DNA of 64,000 bases from Rikenellaceae bacterium DTU001 (GTDB lineage: Bacteria; Bacteroidota; Bacteroidia; Bacteroidales; DTU049), in NCBI GenBank assembly GCA_001512885.1, contig LFSZ01000043.1:2314-66313 (forward strand), given 5' to 3'. This document shows, one piece after another, positions 48,996 through 60,100 of this stretch. The translations under genes and the position numbers were made by a program. The notes below the pieces were generated by a model, which was not told the origin of the DNA, did no database searches, and saw only the letters and a list, made by a program, of their open reading frames with translations. Numbering within the stretch: the stretch's first letter is position 1; each line of letters opens with the position of its first letter.

Positions 48996-51980
48996 ATGAG
49001 AACAAAAGTAATACCCTTTTTTTTATCTATTCTATTATTTGCTAATGCAATTAATTTTTTAAATGGGCAAATATCAATAGTACAAGAAGAATTTTACTAT
49101 CACGAATCCACAGGGATGACAATAGAAGATTATGAGCATTACAATCTAATGAATAAAGCTAATATGGCGCCTCGTAAAAAAGATAATTGTGTTTTGACTA
49201 AGTTGGTCTATGGATGGCATCCTTATTGGCAAAATGGCTTACAAACAAACTATGATTGGAATCTCTTAAGTCATTTTGTATATTTTGCCTATGCAATAGA
49301 CCCTGCCACTGGAAATCCTTCTACTACTCAAGCTTTTAGCACTGCTCAATCAGTTACAGACGCTCTAAATGCAGGTGTCAAGGTACATCTATGCGCTACT
49401 CTATTTAGCAATCATTCCACATTTTTAAATAATATTACAGCACAAAGAAATTTTATGCATCAGATCGTAACCTTAGTTTTAAATAGAGGAGCTCATGGAG
49501 TAAATATAGATTTCGAAGGAATGAACTCATCTCATAATGCTGCTTTTGCTAATTTTATGAACGAACTTGCTGATACTTTTCATACACGTATCCCAGGATC
49601 AGAAGTTACTATAGCTCTTAATGCAGTCGAATGGAGTGATGTATTCAACATTAATGCCATGAAAAATAAAGTAGATTATTTCGTCATTATGGGCTACGAT
49701 TATTATTGGGGTGGTAGCACTACTGCAGGCCCTACAGACCCTTTATATAATTTTGTAACCTCATATAATTATACACTTACTAAATCTATTACTCATTATC
49801 TAAATAAAGGTTGTCCACCTAATAAATTAATTCTCGGTTTACCTTATTATGGACGTGAATACGGCACTGTATCCAATACTATACCTTCTGATGTAAATAA
49901 TCCTCCTAATTGTGTATCGCGCACATATAAATTTGTTAGAGACAACACAACAGGACATTACTCTGCTACTAACAAACTGTGGGATCAGGCCTCATTCACA
50001 CCCGCATATATCTTTTATGATGGCACTGAGTGGCGGCAATGTTTCATAGATGATAAATATAGTATGGGTAAGCGCATGGATTTGATTAATCAAAGAGGTA
50101 TAGCAGGTATGGGAATATGGGCTCTGGGTAATGATGATGGTTATTCAGATTTTTGGGATGCTATTAGAGATCATTTTACTACTTGTGCTCTGACGCCTTG
50201 TGTAGATAGCTTATTCGATATGGGTGGACCTCTTAGAAATTATTATGATAATGAAGATTATACATACACTATTTCACCATCAAATGCTCAATCTATTACA
50301 CTTAATTTTACTCAATTAGATTTAGAGCCTAATAATGATATGTTGTGGTTGTATGATGGTAGTTCTACATCTTCTCAATTGATAGGGTCGTTTACAGGTA
50401 ATTCTCTTCCAGGCACTCTTATTGCTAATTCTGGTGCCTTTACTCTAAAGTTTCATTCTAACTCTTCTATTAATAAATCTGGTTTCAAACTATATTATCA
50501 ATGTGATCAGTCTCCAATAGACAATATACCACCAATTACACTTATCTCCCCAATATCTACTTGGCAAACACAAGATTTCTCAGTTATATTTCAAGATTCT
50601 GATGCTGAGAGTGGTATACAAAAGGCTTATTATCAAGTGATCGAATACGACGGTATAGATTGGGGAGCCAATCCCCATAGAGGCTTCTTGGGTGATAATT
50701 TCGATTCACCATCCATAAATAGTAGATGGAACATCATAACAGGAAATTGGGTACAAGAAAATGGTTGTCTCATACAAACAGATTCGTCTATTCATAATAC
50801 TCATATCAGCACTTACCTCGATCAAGAACTTTCTAATAGATATTTATATGAATTTGAAGCAAAAGTACTAGGGAATAATTTGACAAATAAACGTGTAGGC
50901 TTTTATTTTTTCTCTTCTGACTCTGCTTCTGAAAATAGAGGTAATGGATATTTTATCTGGTTTAGATTAGAAACTGGAAAACTCGAATTTTATAAAGTAA
51001 CGAATGATGTTTTCTCTAAAGTACATGAAACTAACTGTCCATTAAACTTAAACCAATGGTACAATATAAAAGTAATATATGATAGAATAGATGGTGGGAT
51101 ATGGGTTTATGTCAATAATTTATTAAAAGGTAAATGGATAGATAGTCAACCTTATAATAATGGTAGTTATATATCTTTCAGAACAGGCAATTGTTCAGCA
51201 CAATTTAATCAAATCAAGGTCTATCGTTCTCGTTACGAAAATGCAACAATACATATAGGTGTAGGTCCCGATAATTCTAAGGAATTGAGATATCAAAGTA
51301 TCAATACTTTGTCACCTGCTGGCAAGATCAAAAGCATTGTCCAAGATAATGCAGATAACCTTTCGAATACTGCTATGTGTGATGTATATGTAGATTATAC
51401 TCCTCCTATACCGCCTTCTTATGTTTGGGATGGCATAGGACAAGATTATGATACCATTTTTTTATTACCGATATCTACTCAATGGGACCATGCCCAAGAT
51501 CCTAATAGTGGCATTAGTCATTATGAAGTTTGTCTAGGTTCTCAACCTGGTTATAATGATATAGTCGATTGGATAAATGTGGGAACTAATAATTTTTATT
51601 CATTTAATCCAACAAGTTTAATTTATGATAATTTTTATTATATTACAGTTAAAACTTTTAATAATGCAGGTATGAGTATTCAGACTTTTAGTGATGGATT
51701 TAGATATATAGTGGTTGATCAAATATCAATTTTTAATCAAAATAACAAGCCATGGATCATCTATCCTAATCCTGCCAATGATCACATATATATAAAAGGT
51801 GATATAAATATCGAAAAATTATCAATTTATAGTTTGCTAGGAGCTAAAATAGATTGTCCTATTATCGAAAAGCATAATAATAAAGTGGCCATCCAAATAG
51901 ATCACTTATCATCAGGTATTTATATTTTTCAAATAAATTCTGGTAATCAAATATATTTTTATACATGGGAAAAGCAATAA
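48996..51980 (+). CDS. Secreted GH18 glycoside hydrolase with CUB domain and T9SS C-terminal domain
   Basis: 'GVNIDFE', 'MGYDY', 'LGLPYYG', 'GIWALG'; CUB 'LWLYDGSS...FHSNSS...GF'; CTD 'IYPNPA...SGIYIFQI'. Confidence 0.85.
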   Translation: MRTKVIPFFLSILLFANAINFLNGQISIVQEEFYYHESTGMTIEDYEHYNLMNKANMAPRKKDNCVLTKLVYGWHPYWQNGLQTNYDWNLLSHFVYFAYAIDPATGNPSTTQAFSTAQSVTDALNAGVKVHLCATLFSNHSTFLNNITAQRNFMHQIVTLVLNRGAHGVNIDFEGMNSSHNAAFANFMNELADTFHTRIPGSEVTIALNAVEWSDVFNINAMKNKVDYFVIMGYDYYWGGSTTAGPTDPLYNFVTSYNYTLTKSITHYLNKGCPPNKLILGLPYYGREYGTVSNTIPSDVNNPPNCVSRTYKFVRDNTTGHYSATNKLWDQASFTPAYIFYDGTEWRQCFIDDKYSMGKRMDLINQRGIAGMGIWALGNDDGYSDFWDAIRDHFTTCALTPCVDSLFDMGGPLRNYYDNEDYTYTISPSNAQSITLNFTQLDLEPNNDMLWLYDGSSTSSQLIGSFTGNSLPGTLIANSGAFTLKFHSNSSINKSGFKLYYQCDQSPIDNIPPITLISPISTWQTQDFSVIFQDSDAESGIQKAYYQVIEYDGIDWGANPHRGFLGDNFDSPSINSRWNIITGNWVQENGCLIQTDSSIHNTHISTYLDQELSNRYLYEFEAKVLGNNLTNKRVGFYFFSSDSASENRGNGYFIWFRLETGKLEFYKVTNDVFSKVHETNCPLNLNQWYNIKVIYDRIDGGIWVYVNNLLKGKWIDSQPYNNGSYISFRTGNCSAQFNQIKVYRSRYENATIHIGVGPDNSKELRYQSINTLSPAGKIKSIVQDNADNLSNTAMCDVYVDYTPPIPPSYVWDGIGQDYDTIFLLPISTQWDHAQDPNSGISHYEVCLGSQPGYNDIVDWINVGTNNFYSFNPTSLIYDNFYYITVKTFNNAGMSIQTFSDGFRYIVVDQISIFNQNNKPWIIYPNPANDHIYIKGDINIEKLSIYSLLGAKIDCPIIEKHNNKVAIQIDHLSSGIYIFQINSGNQIYFYTWEKQ

Positions 51981-52747
51981 ATTACATAGATACTCATGCG
52001 CATATATACTTAGAGGATTTCGATAAAGATAGAAAAGACGTTTTAGAAAGGGCTGAAAAAGCAGGCATAGATTTAATTATACTTCCAGCCATAGATATGA
52101 GCACTTTTGATGCTATGTGGCAGTGCTATCAAGTAAATGTAAATTTACAAAAAATGATGATAGGATTGCATCCTGGTAGTGTAAAAGAAGATTATAAATT
52201 AGAATTAAATTTTATAGAAAATCAATTACAAAATAATGTAAATAGTTTCATTGGTATTGGAGAAATAGGAATGGATTTATATTGGGCTAAAACTTACATA
52301 GTAGAGCAAAGGATAGTCCTTATACAGCAATTACAATGGGCTATACAATATGACTTACCAGTTTGCATTCATCAGAGAAATTCATTACATGAAATTATTT
52401 CTATATTAGATGAGTTTTCTAATAAACCAAGGGGTATATTTCATTGTTTTACAGGAACTTATGAAGAGGCTAAAATAATTATTGATCGCGGTTTTATGCT
52501 AGGAATAGGTGGTATTATTACCTTTAAAAATAATAAATTGGCACAAACTATATCACAAATTGGCTTAGATTATTTAGTTTTAGAGACAGATGCACCATAT
52601 CTAACACCAGTACCATATAGAGGTAAAAGAAATGAAAGCTCCTTTATACCACATATTGCTAAGAAAATTGCTGAAATTCTTAAAATAGATATAAAAAAAG
52701 TAGCATTTAAAACAACTATGAATGCTAAAAATTTATTTTCTTTATAA
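51965..52747 (+). CDS. tatD: TatD-family deoxyribonuclease
   Basis: DTHAH, GLHP, GEIGMD, FHCF, ETDAPYL. Confidence 0.93.
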   Translation: MGKAINYIDTHAHIYLEDFDKDRKDVLERAEKAGIDLIILPAIDMSTFDAMWQCYQVNVNLQKMMIGLHPGSVKEDYKLELNFIENQLQNNVNSFIGIGEIGMDLYWAKTYIVEQRIVLIQQLQWAIQYDLPVCIHQRNSLHEIISILDEFSNKPRGIFHCFTGTYEEAKIIIDRGFMLGIGGIITFKNNKLAQTISQIGLDYLVLETDAPYLTPVPYRGKRNESSFIPHIAKKIAEILKIDIKKVAFKTTMNAKNLFSL

Positions 52748-52758
52748 TTAAATTTACT

Positions 52759-52789
52759 TTTGCTTTTTGATATATTTTTCATACATTTG
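52759..52789 (+). promoter_or_regulatory. Bacteroidota housekeeping promoter of gyrA
   Basis: TTTG-N19-TACATTTG. Confidence 0.7.
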
Positions 52790-52808
52790 CAAATAATTTT
52801 ACTATATT

Positions 52809-55328
52809 ATGGAAGACAATGAATTAACTCAAAGTGGAGGGCAGATAATTGATATAAATATCGAAGATCAGATGAAAACTGCCTACATTAACTACTCAAT
52901 GTCTGTGATAGTTTCTCGGGCTCTCCCAGATGTACGTGATGGACTAAAACCTGTACATAGAAGAGTATTGTATGGCATGTACGAATTAGGTCTTTTTTCT
53001 AATAGACCAACCAAAAAAAGTGCTCGTATAGTAGGAGAAGTATTAGGTAAATATCACCCTCATGGTGATTCATCTGTATATGATGCTATGGTACGTCTAG
53101 CTCAACCGTGGTCTATGCGATATCCATTAGTAGAGGGGCAAGGTAATTTTGGGTCTATAGACGGTGATAGCCCTGCAGCTATGCGTTATACAGAAGCCAA
53201 ACTTACTAAGCTTGCCGAAGAAATGTTAGCTGATTTAGAAAAAGATACTGTAGATTTTCAAAATAATTTCGATGATTCCTTAAAAGAACCTACAGTTTTA
53301 CCTGCCAAGATACCCAATCTGTTACTTAATGGAGCCTCAGGGATAGCTGTAGGTATGGCTACTAATATGCCTCCTCATAATTTATCCGAAGTAGTGGATG
53401 GCATCATTGCATATATAGATAATAGAGATATTACTGTAGAGGAATTAATGAATTATATAAAAGGTCCTGATTTTCCTACTGGTGGACTTATTTATGGAAT
53501 TGATGGCGTCATAGAAGCTTATAATACAGGTAGAGGTAGAGTATGCATACGCGGTGAAGCAGAAATCATAGAACATAATAATAAACATCAAATTATTATT
53601 TCTAGTATTCCTTATCAAGTTAATAAAAGTGATTTAGTGCAAAAAATGGCTGCACTGGTAGAATCTAAAAAAATTGATGGGATTACTGATATACGGGACG
53701 AATCTGATAGAGAAGGCATACGTATTGTGATAGACATGCGTAGAGATGCTAATGCTAATGTTATTTTAAATTCACTTTATAGATTTAGTCCATTACAATC
53801 TACTTTTAGTATCAATAATATAGCACTCGTAAATGGTAAGCCTGAAACATTGAATCTAATTCAATTAATCCATTATTACGTTGAACACAGGCATGAAGTC
53901 ATAATTCGTAGATCTCAATATGAATTAAATGAAGCTGAAAAAAGAGCACATATCTTAGAAGGCTTATTGAAAGCATTGGATTTTATCGATGAAGTGATAG
54001 CCATTATTCGTAGTAGTGAAACAGTAGAAATTGCTAAAAATGGTTTGATGCAACGTTTTGATTTCACAGATATACAAGCTACAGCTATTATTGATATGAG
54101 ATTGAGAACTTTGACTGGACTCGAGCGTGATAAATTGCAAAGTGAATACGATGAGTTGATGAAAAAAATTGCTTACCTCAAACATGTCTTGAGTGACGAA
54201 AACTTGCAAATGCAAATAATAAAAGATGAACTACTAGAAATCAAACAAAAATATGGTGATAAACCTAGAACAGATATAGATATTCATGGTAAAAATGTTA
54301 GAATTGAAGATTTGATAGCTGACGAACCAGTAGTTATCACAATATCTCATCTTGGTTATATCAAACGAACTAAATTAAGTGATTATCGTAGTCAAAATAG
54401 AGGTGGTAAAGGCAAGATAGCATCTGATATCAGAGATGAAGATTTTATAGAAAATTTGTATATAGCTACTAATCATGATTATTTACTATTATTTACTCGA
54501 AAAGGAAAAGTTTACTGGTTACGTGTATTCGAAATACCCGAAGCTGCTCGCAATGCTAAAGGAAAGCCAATACAAAATCTAATAGCCTTAGATAGTGATG
54601 ATAAAATACAAACTATTATTAATACTAAAAATCTTGATGACCATGATGCTATTAAAAATGATTATGTGATTTTTATAACTACTAAAGGAATTATCAAAAA
54701 AACAAGTCTTACAGCTTTTGCACGCCCTCGCAGTACTGGTATAATAGCTTTGAATATTAGAGATGGTGATGATTTATTACAAGTAGCCCTTACTCATGGT
54801 AAATCAGAAATAGTAGTTGCTACTAGTCAAGGTAAAACTGTACGTTTTAATGAAGAAGAAGTACGTCCGATGGGTAGAACTGCGATAGGTGTTAAAGCTA
54901 TAACTTTAAGTTCTAAAGATGATAGTGTGATAGGTATGGTAGTAATGGAAGATGAAAATCAACAAATATTGGTGATTTCTGAAAAAGGTTATGGAAAACG
55001 TTCATTTTTATCAGCTTATCGAAAAACTCATCGTGCTACTAAAGGTATAAAAGCTATGAACATAACTGAAAAAACTGGAAAACTGATCAGTATAATTGAT
55101 GTAACTAATGAAAATGATGACATTATGCTGATCACTAAAAATGGCATAGGTATACGTCTTAATATTTCTAATATCCGATTACAAAATAGAGTAACTCAAG
55201 GGTCACGTTTGATTCAATTACAAAATGATGATGCTATTGCCTCTGTTGCCAAAATAGCTCATGACATTGATGATGATGATACAGAAAATATAGAAGCCGA
55301 AATTAGCTTAGAAGAAAATAATGAATAG
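52809..55328 (+). CDS. gyrA: DNA gyrase subunit A
   Basis: [28 protein letters not shown], GyrA box QNRGGKG. Confidence 0.98.
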   Translation: MEDNELTQSGGQIIDINIEDQMKTAYINYSMSVIVSRALPDVRDGLKPVHRRVLYGMYELGLFSNRPTKKSARIVGEVLGKYHPHGDSSVYDAMVRLAQPWSMRYPLVEGQGNFGSIDGDSPAAMRYTEAKLTKLAEEMLADLEKDTVDFQNNFDDSLKEPTVLPAKIPNLLLNGASGIAVGMATNMPPHNLSEVVDGIIAYIDNRDITVEELMNYIKGPDFPTGGLIYGIDGVIEAYNTGRGRVCIRGEAEIIEHNNKHQIIISSIPYQVNKSDLVQKMAALVESKKIDGITDIRDESDREGIRIVIDMRRDANANVILNSLYRFSPLQSTFSINNIALVNGKPETLNLIQLIHYYVEHRHEVIIRRSQYELNEAEKRAHILEGLLKALDFIDEVIAIIRSSETVEIAKNGLMQRFDFTDIQATAIIDMRLRTLTGLERDKLQSEYDELMKKIAYLKHVLSDENLQMQIIKDELLEIKQKYGDKPRTDIDIHGKNVRIEDLIADEPVVITISHLGYIKRTKLSDYRSQNRGGKGKIASDIRDEDFIENLYIATNHDYLLLFTRKGKVYWLRVFEIPEAARNAKGKPIQNLIALDSDDKIQTIINTKNLDDHDAIKNDYVIFITTKGIIKKTSLTAFARPRSTGIIALNIRDGDDLLQVALTHGKSEIVVATSQGKTVRFNEEEVRPMGRTAIGVKAITLSSKDDSVIGMVVMEDENQQILVISEKGYGKRSFLSAYRKTHRATKGIKAMNITEKTGKLISIIDVTNENDDIMLITKNGIGIRLNISNIRLQNRVTQGSRLIQLQNDDAIASVAKIAHDIDDDDTENIEAEISLEENNE

Positions 55329-55384
55329 AAAAATTCACAAATATTTAAAAAATTTGTATTAAATTTGTATAAAAAATTAACAGT

Positions 55385-56593
55385 ATGAAAACTAAAAGTT
55401 TTTTAATAAGTATGATACTTTTAATAAGCGTGAGTAGTTTTGCTCAATCAAATAAAGTATTAGATGCTTATAATTATTTAAAAGCAGGAAAATTAGATAA
55501 AGCTAAAGCAGCTATAGATGCTGCGGCTCAATATCCAGATACTAAAGATGATCCTAAAACTTGGCTCTACAAAGGCAATGTTTACTTGGCTATTGCTTTT
55601 ACTAAAGATGATAAATATAAACAGCTGACTCCTAACCCTCTCGATACAGCCTTAGAAGCATATAAAAAATGTCTCATTTTAGACCCAGATTTTACAGTAT
55701 CAACTGCTGTACCGCCACATCCTAATATGGGACTCAAATTAATAGCTGATGAATACTTTAATATAGGGGCTACATATTTCAATAATAAAGACTATAATAA
55801 TGCATTAGTTTATTTCGAAAAGTCTCGAAATACAAGAAAAATTTTTACAAAAGAGGTTGATACTTTAGCCAATTTTTATGGTGCTATAGCAGCTCTTAAT
55901 CTACAAGATACTATTACAGCTGAAAAACTTTTAAAGGAGCTAACTACTGCTACTAATTATAATGAACCAAGAGTTTTTACTCTATTATTTGATATTTATT
56001 TAGCTAAAAAAGATACTGATAATATGCTTAAAACAATTCAATTAGGTAAAAAAAGATTTCCTAATGATAATGATATTTTATTGAGAGAAATAAATTATTA
56101 TCTAATTACTGGTGATTTAGAAAAATCTCAATTACTATTGCAAGAAGCCATCACTAAAGATCCTAATAATCCTATGTTGTATTATGTAATAGGTACTAAT
56201 TATGATCAACTGGCCCAAGATACTACTTTATCTCAAGAGAGAAGGGATTTATTTTTCGAACAAGCTAAAAAATCATATCAAAAAGCTATTGAGTTAAATC
56301 CTGATTTTTATGAAGCATATTACAACTATGGTGCATTGCTATTTAATAAAGGCGTAGAGATTTTCAATAAAGCTAATAAGCTGCCTCCAACAGAACAAGC
56401 TGAATATGAAAATTTGAAAAAAGTATATGAATCTCTTTGGCATCAATCATTACCTTTATTAGAAAAAGCACTAACTATTCAACCAGATGATATCCCTACT
56501 CTATACACACTCAGAACTATATATGCTAGATTGTCTATGCCTGATAAATTAAAAGAAATAAATCAAAAAATAGAATTGCTAGAAAAAAATTAA
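55385..56593 (+). CDS. Exported TPR protein
   Basis: Signal peptide 'SSFAQ'; multiple TPRs; follows gyrA. Confidence 0.85.
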   Translation: MKTKSFLISMILLISVSSFAQSNKVLDAYNYLKAGKLDKAKAAIDAAAQYPDTKDDPKTWLYKGNVYLAIAFTKDDKYKQLTPNPLDTALEAYKKCLILDPDFTVSTAVPPHPNMGLKLIADEYFNIGATYFNNKDYNNALVYFEKSRNTRKIFTKEVDTLANFYGAIAALNLQDTITAEKLLKELTTATNYNEPRVFTLLFDIYLAKKDTDNMLKTIQLGKKRFPNDNDILLREINYYLITGDLEKSQLLLQEAITKDPNNPMLYYVIGTNYDQLAQDTTLSQERRDLFFEQAKKSYQKAIELNPDFYEAYYNYGALLFNKGVEIFNKANKLPPTEQAEYENLKKVYESLWHQSLPLLEKALTIQPDDIPTLYTLRTIYARLSMPDKLKEINQKIELLEKN

Positions 56594-56616
56594 AAAAAAT
56601 ATATATTAAAATTTAT

Positions 56617-56652
56617 AAAAGGAGTTATTTATCATAAATAACTCCTTTTTTT
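56617..56652 (+). terminator. Intrinsic terminator (possibly bidirectional)
   Basis: Perfect 16-bp inverted repeat AAAAGGAGTTATTTAT-C-ATAAATAACTCCTTTT running into a T tract. Confidence 0.85.
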
Positions 56653-56877
56653 ATCACATACATTGAAATATTATATTAAAATTTATAAACCTTACTATGC
56701 CTTATTTTGCTCTCGTAATTTCCTAATAATTACTTTGTTATATAGCTCCTTACTATTGGGATAACTTAAATTATGAAATATATTTGCGCATAAATATATA
56801 TGATATTTGTCATTTTATACATATTTATGTTGAATATGTTTTAATTTTGTATAAATAAATCAAATAATTTAGGTAAT

Positions 56878-57630
56878 ATGAAAAAATTAGAAAATAAAAT
56901 CGCGATAATAACTGGAGCTGCTAAAGGTATGGGGAGAGAGGAAGCTATTTTATTTGCTAACGAAGGAGCTAAAATTGTTGTAACAGATATTCTAATAGAT
57001 GAGGCTAAAATAGTTGCTAATGAAATAATAAAAAATAATGGCGAAGCAATAGCATTTAAACTAGATGTAGCTAAAGCTAAAGACTGGGAAAAATTAATTG
57101 ACCAAATTATGGACAGATGGGGCAAAGTAGATATATTGGTAAATAATGCTGGTATATTAAATTTGTGTGGTATAGAAGAAATCACTGAAAAGGAATGGGA
57201 TAAAATTATGGAAATTAATGCGAAAGGAACTTTTTTGGGTATTAAGTATGTATTGCCTGCTATGAAATTGACTAAAAATGGATCTATTATTAATATCTCT
57301 TCTATTTATGGTTTGGTTGGTAGTGGTGCAGCCGTAGCATATCATGCTTCTAAAGGCGCTGTGAGGCTTTTGACAAAAACAGTTGCTGCCGAATTAGCTA
57401 AATATAATATTCGTGTCAACTCAATTCACCCAGGTGTCATTAAAACCCCTATGACTGATGATTTATTAAAAAATCCAGAAAATGCTAAAAATCTGCTTGG
57501 CACCACTGTATTAGGAAGAGCTGCTGAACCTATAGAAGTAGCTTACGGTGCATTGTTTTTAGCTTCTGATGATGCTTCCTACGTTACTGGTTCTGAATTA
57601 GTAATAGATGGTGGATACACAGCTTTGTAA
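56878..57630 (+). CDS. Classical short-chain dehydrogenase/reductase
   Basis: TGAAKGMG, NNAG, YHASK, NSIHPG, DGG. Confidence 0.92.
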   Translation: MKKLENKIAIITGAAKGMGREEAILFANEGAKIVVTDILIDEAKIVANEIIKNNGEAIAFKLDVAKAKDWEKLIDQIMDRWGKVDILVNNAGILNLCGIEEITEKEWDKIMEINAKGTFLGIKYVLPAMKLTKNGSIINISSIYGLVGSGAAVAYHASKGAVRLLTKTVAAELAKYNIRVNSIHPGVIKTPMTDDLLKNPENAKNLLGTTVLGRAAEPIEVAYGALFLASDDASYVTGSELVIDGGYTAL

Positions 57631-57655
57631 ATTAATAAATTAATTTTTAATTTTG
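57624..57655 (+). promoter_or_regulatory. Bacteroidota housekeeping promoter of the rubredoxin gene
   Basis: TTTG-N20-TAATTTTG. Confidence 0.65.
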
Positions 57656-57676
57656 CATGTCAAAAAATAAAAAGAT

Positions 57677-57841
57677 ATGAAAAAGTATGAATGTGATATT
57701 TGTGGTTATATTTATGATCCACAAAAAGGTGATCCAGATTCTGGTATAGCACCAGGTACGCCTTTTGAAGAATTACCTGATGATTGGGTGTGTCCTATAT
57801 GTGGCGCTGATAAATCAGAATTTAGCGAACTAGAAGATTGA
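57677..57841 (+). CDS. Rubredoxin (54 aa; absent from the ORF track)
   Basis: Hand translation: [54 protein letters not shown], with two CxxCG knuckles. Confidence 0.97.
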   Translation: MKKYECDICGYIYDPQKGDPDSGIAPGTPFEELPDDWVCPICGADKSEFSELED

Positions 57842-58004
57842 TTTTTAATACCAATTTTGCAGAATTTATAAAATTTACAACGTACAAAAACTTATAAACA
57901 TAAATTTTTTAATTGATCCCTTCTAATAATTATGTTAATTTAGTATACTCTAGATCGTGAGTATTAGATTTGTAAATCATTAAAATGTAGGGTTATAAAT
58001 TACC

Positions 58005-58895
58005 TCAAATTGGTTCTGTATGAATATTTATAATGGTTTCTTTGCCAAATTTATTACGTATTTTACTTTCTATCTCACTGGCTACATCATGCGAATGAAC
58101 AAAAGTAATATTTTTATCTAATTTCACATGAACATCTATTGCATAAATATTACCAATTTTTCTAGTTTTTAAATTATGACAATCTTTAACGTCTGGATGT
58201 GATTTGATAATATCGACAATTTCATTTTCTAAATTTTCGGGAAGCGATGATTCTAATAGTTCATTGATAGCAGGTAATAAAATTTTCAAAGCAGCCCATA
58301 TAATAAATCCGCTTACCAATATACCAGCTATAGGATCAAGTATGTGAGCTTTTTCGCCTAAAAATATTGCTCCACCAATACCTAAAGCTGTTCCTACTGA
58401 TGATAAAGCATCTGAACGGTGGTGCCATGCATTAGCTATCACTGCTTGATTATTTGTTTTTTTCCCTATTTTTATAGTGTACCAATACAAAGACTCTTTA
58501 GTGATGATAGATACAATAGCAGCTATAAATGCTATCATACCAGGAGCAGCAATAGATTTGCCCTTAATTACATATGAAACTTTATTAATACCATTGATTA
58601 AAATACCTATGCCCACTGCTAACAAAATAGCACTTACTAATAAAGAAGCAAAAGTTTCGAATTTGCCATGTCCGTAATCATGTGTTGCATCACGCTGCTT
58701 TGCTGAAATACTAACAAAAACTATAACTATTAAATCTGTAACAAAATCTGAAATAGAATGAATAGCATCAGCTAGCATAGCAGTACTTTTGCCAAATATA
58801 CCCGCAAATAGTTTAAAAAAGCAAAGAATAAGATTTACAAAAAAACCAATCCATGATACTCTAATAGCATCACGAGTACGGATATCACTATTCAT
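58005..58895 (-). CDS. Cation diffusion facilitator (FieF-like)
   Basis: ADAIHSISD, HDYGHGKFE, HHRSDA. Confidence 0.92.
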   Translation of the reverse strand: MNSDIRTRDAIRVSWIGFFVNLILCFFKLFAGIFGKSTAMLADAIHSISDFVTDLIVIVFVSISAKQRDATHDYGHGKFETFASLLVSAILLAVGIGILINGINKVSYVIKGKSIAAPGMIAFIAAIVSIITKESLYWYTIKIGKKTNNQAVIANAWHHRSDALSSVGTALGIGGAIFLGEKAHILDPIAGILVSGFIIWAALKILLPAINELLESSLPENLENEIVDIIKSHPDVKDCHNLKTRKIGNIYAIDVHVKLDKNITFVHSHDVASEIESKIRNKFGKETIINIHTEPI

Positions 58896-59029
58896 AAAAA
58901 TTTTTTACAAAAATAAAAATTTTATTATTTATTTTTATAGTGCTAAAAATAGTAAACAAGAATATTTTTTTTGATTATTAGAATATATTAAAATTATAAT
59001 TAAAAAAATTGTACAATAATATAATAAAT

Positions 59030-59305
59030 TTATGCTGTAGTAGCAGCTGAATTCAATCGTTTATTTAATTCTTTTGTGATTTTATGTTTTAGATTTGCAC
59101 CTTTGTTTTTATGTATTATTCCACGTTTCACATTTTTGTCAATGATAGAATATAAAGATGGTAGCATCTGAGCTGCCTCTTGGGGATCAGCAGTTGCATA
59201 AAATTTCTTTACCATAGTGCGCATGGTTTTATTGTAATATCGATTATAAAGTCGTTTTTTTTCGTTAGAACGAATACGTTTCTTTGCAGATTTATGATGT
59301 GCCAT
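59030..59305 (-). CDS. rpsT: 30S ribosomal protein S20
   Basis: MAHHKSAKKRIR...IIHKNK. Confidence 0.97.
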   Translation of the reverse strand: MAHHKSAKKRIRSNEKKRLYNRYYNKTMRTMVKKFYATADPQEAAQMLPSLYSIIDKNVKRGIIHKNKGANLKHKITKELNKRLNSAATTA

Positions 59306-59334
59306 AATTTACTTTGATTTTTTTTTAAAATTAG

Positions 59335-59409
59335 TGACCCATGGGGGATTCGAACCCCCGATTTCCAGGATGAAAACCTGGCGTCCTAGGCCGACTAGAC
59401 GAATGGGCC
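59335..59409 (-). tRNA. tRNA-Glu(TTC)
   Basis: Acceptor stem GGCCCAT/ATGGGTC, anticodon arm CCAGG-TTTTCAT-CCTGG, T arm GGGGGTTCGAATCCCCC; CCA not encoded. Confidence 0.95.
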
Positions 59410-59510
59410 AAAATATTTTTGCAAAGATAATAATTTTTTTAATTTCAAAAAAATTATTATTAAACTTTTATTTTAATAATAATCTATAAAATGTCAAACA
59501 CAAAAAAAGA

Positions 59511-60023
59511 TTACTTGATACCTAATTTATCTTTTACGAAACTCATTATGTCATCACCACTTTCCCAATATAATACGACACCTGTACCTGTATCTAAAAT
59601 GTAAGTATATCCTTTTTCTTTTGCTACTTCCTCTATAGCTTTTTTAGCTTTATCTATGAGCGGATTCAGAAGTTCTTGCTCTTTTGCGACTAATAATTTT
59701 TGAGCTTCTTCTTGAAAATCTTCTATACGAGTCTGTAAATCTAACAGCTCTTTTTGTTTAACTTGTTTAATAGCATCTATAAATTGATTTTCATTAGCTA
59801 GGTAGTCGCTGTATTTAGTTTGAAATTCTTCGACCATTGCTTCAAGTTGTTTTTGTAAGTTTTGTGCGTAAACAGTTAATACTTGTTCTGCGGTATCTCT
59901 ACCAGGCATCAACTGCATTAATTCATTTGTATTAATATGTCCAATTTTTAATTTAGTTTGTTGTCCCATTAATGCAAATGACAAAAATACAGACAAAATA
60001 ATTACTAAGGGAATTTTTTTCAT
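59511..60023 (-). CDS. Skp/OmpH periplasmic chaperone
   Basis: 'KIGHIN..LM..MP', 'AIEEVAKEKGYTYILD'. Confidence 0.9.
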   Translation of the reverse strand: MKKIPLVIILSVFLSFALMGQQTKLKIGHINTNELMQLMPGRDTAEQVLTVYAQNLQKQLEAMVEEFQTKYSDYLANENQFIDAIKQVKQKELLDLQTRIEDFQEEAQKLLVAKEQELLNPLIDKAKKAIEEVAKEKGYTYILDTGTGVVLYWESGDDIMSFVKDKLGIK

Positions 60024-60100
60024 ATTATTTATTTTTTATATATAATTTGCAAAATTAATAAAATTTATTAAAAAAAAATTAATTTATTAAAACAAAAGTC

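Noticed and set aside
53050..53090. Quinolone-resistance substitution in GyrA
   Set aside because: The QRDR reads [10 protein letters not shown], with wild-type Ser and Asp at the key positions.
56715..56836. dif/Xer-like half-sites (TGCGCATAA, TTATGTTGAAT)
   Set aside because: The arms are not arranged as 11-6-11 with both matching, and such matches are likely by chance in AT-rich DNA.
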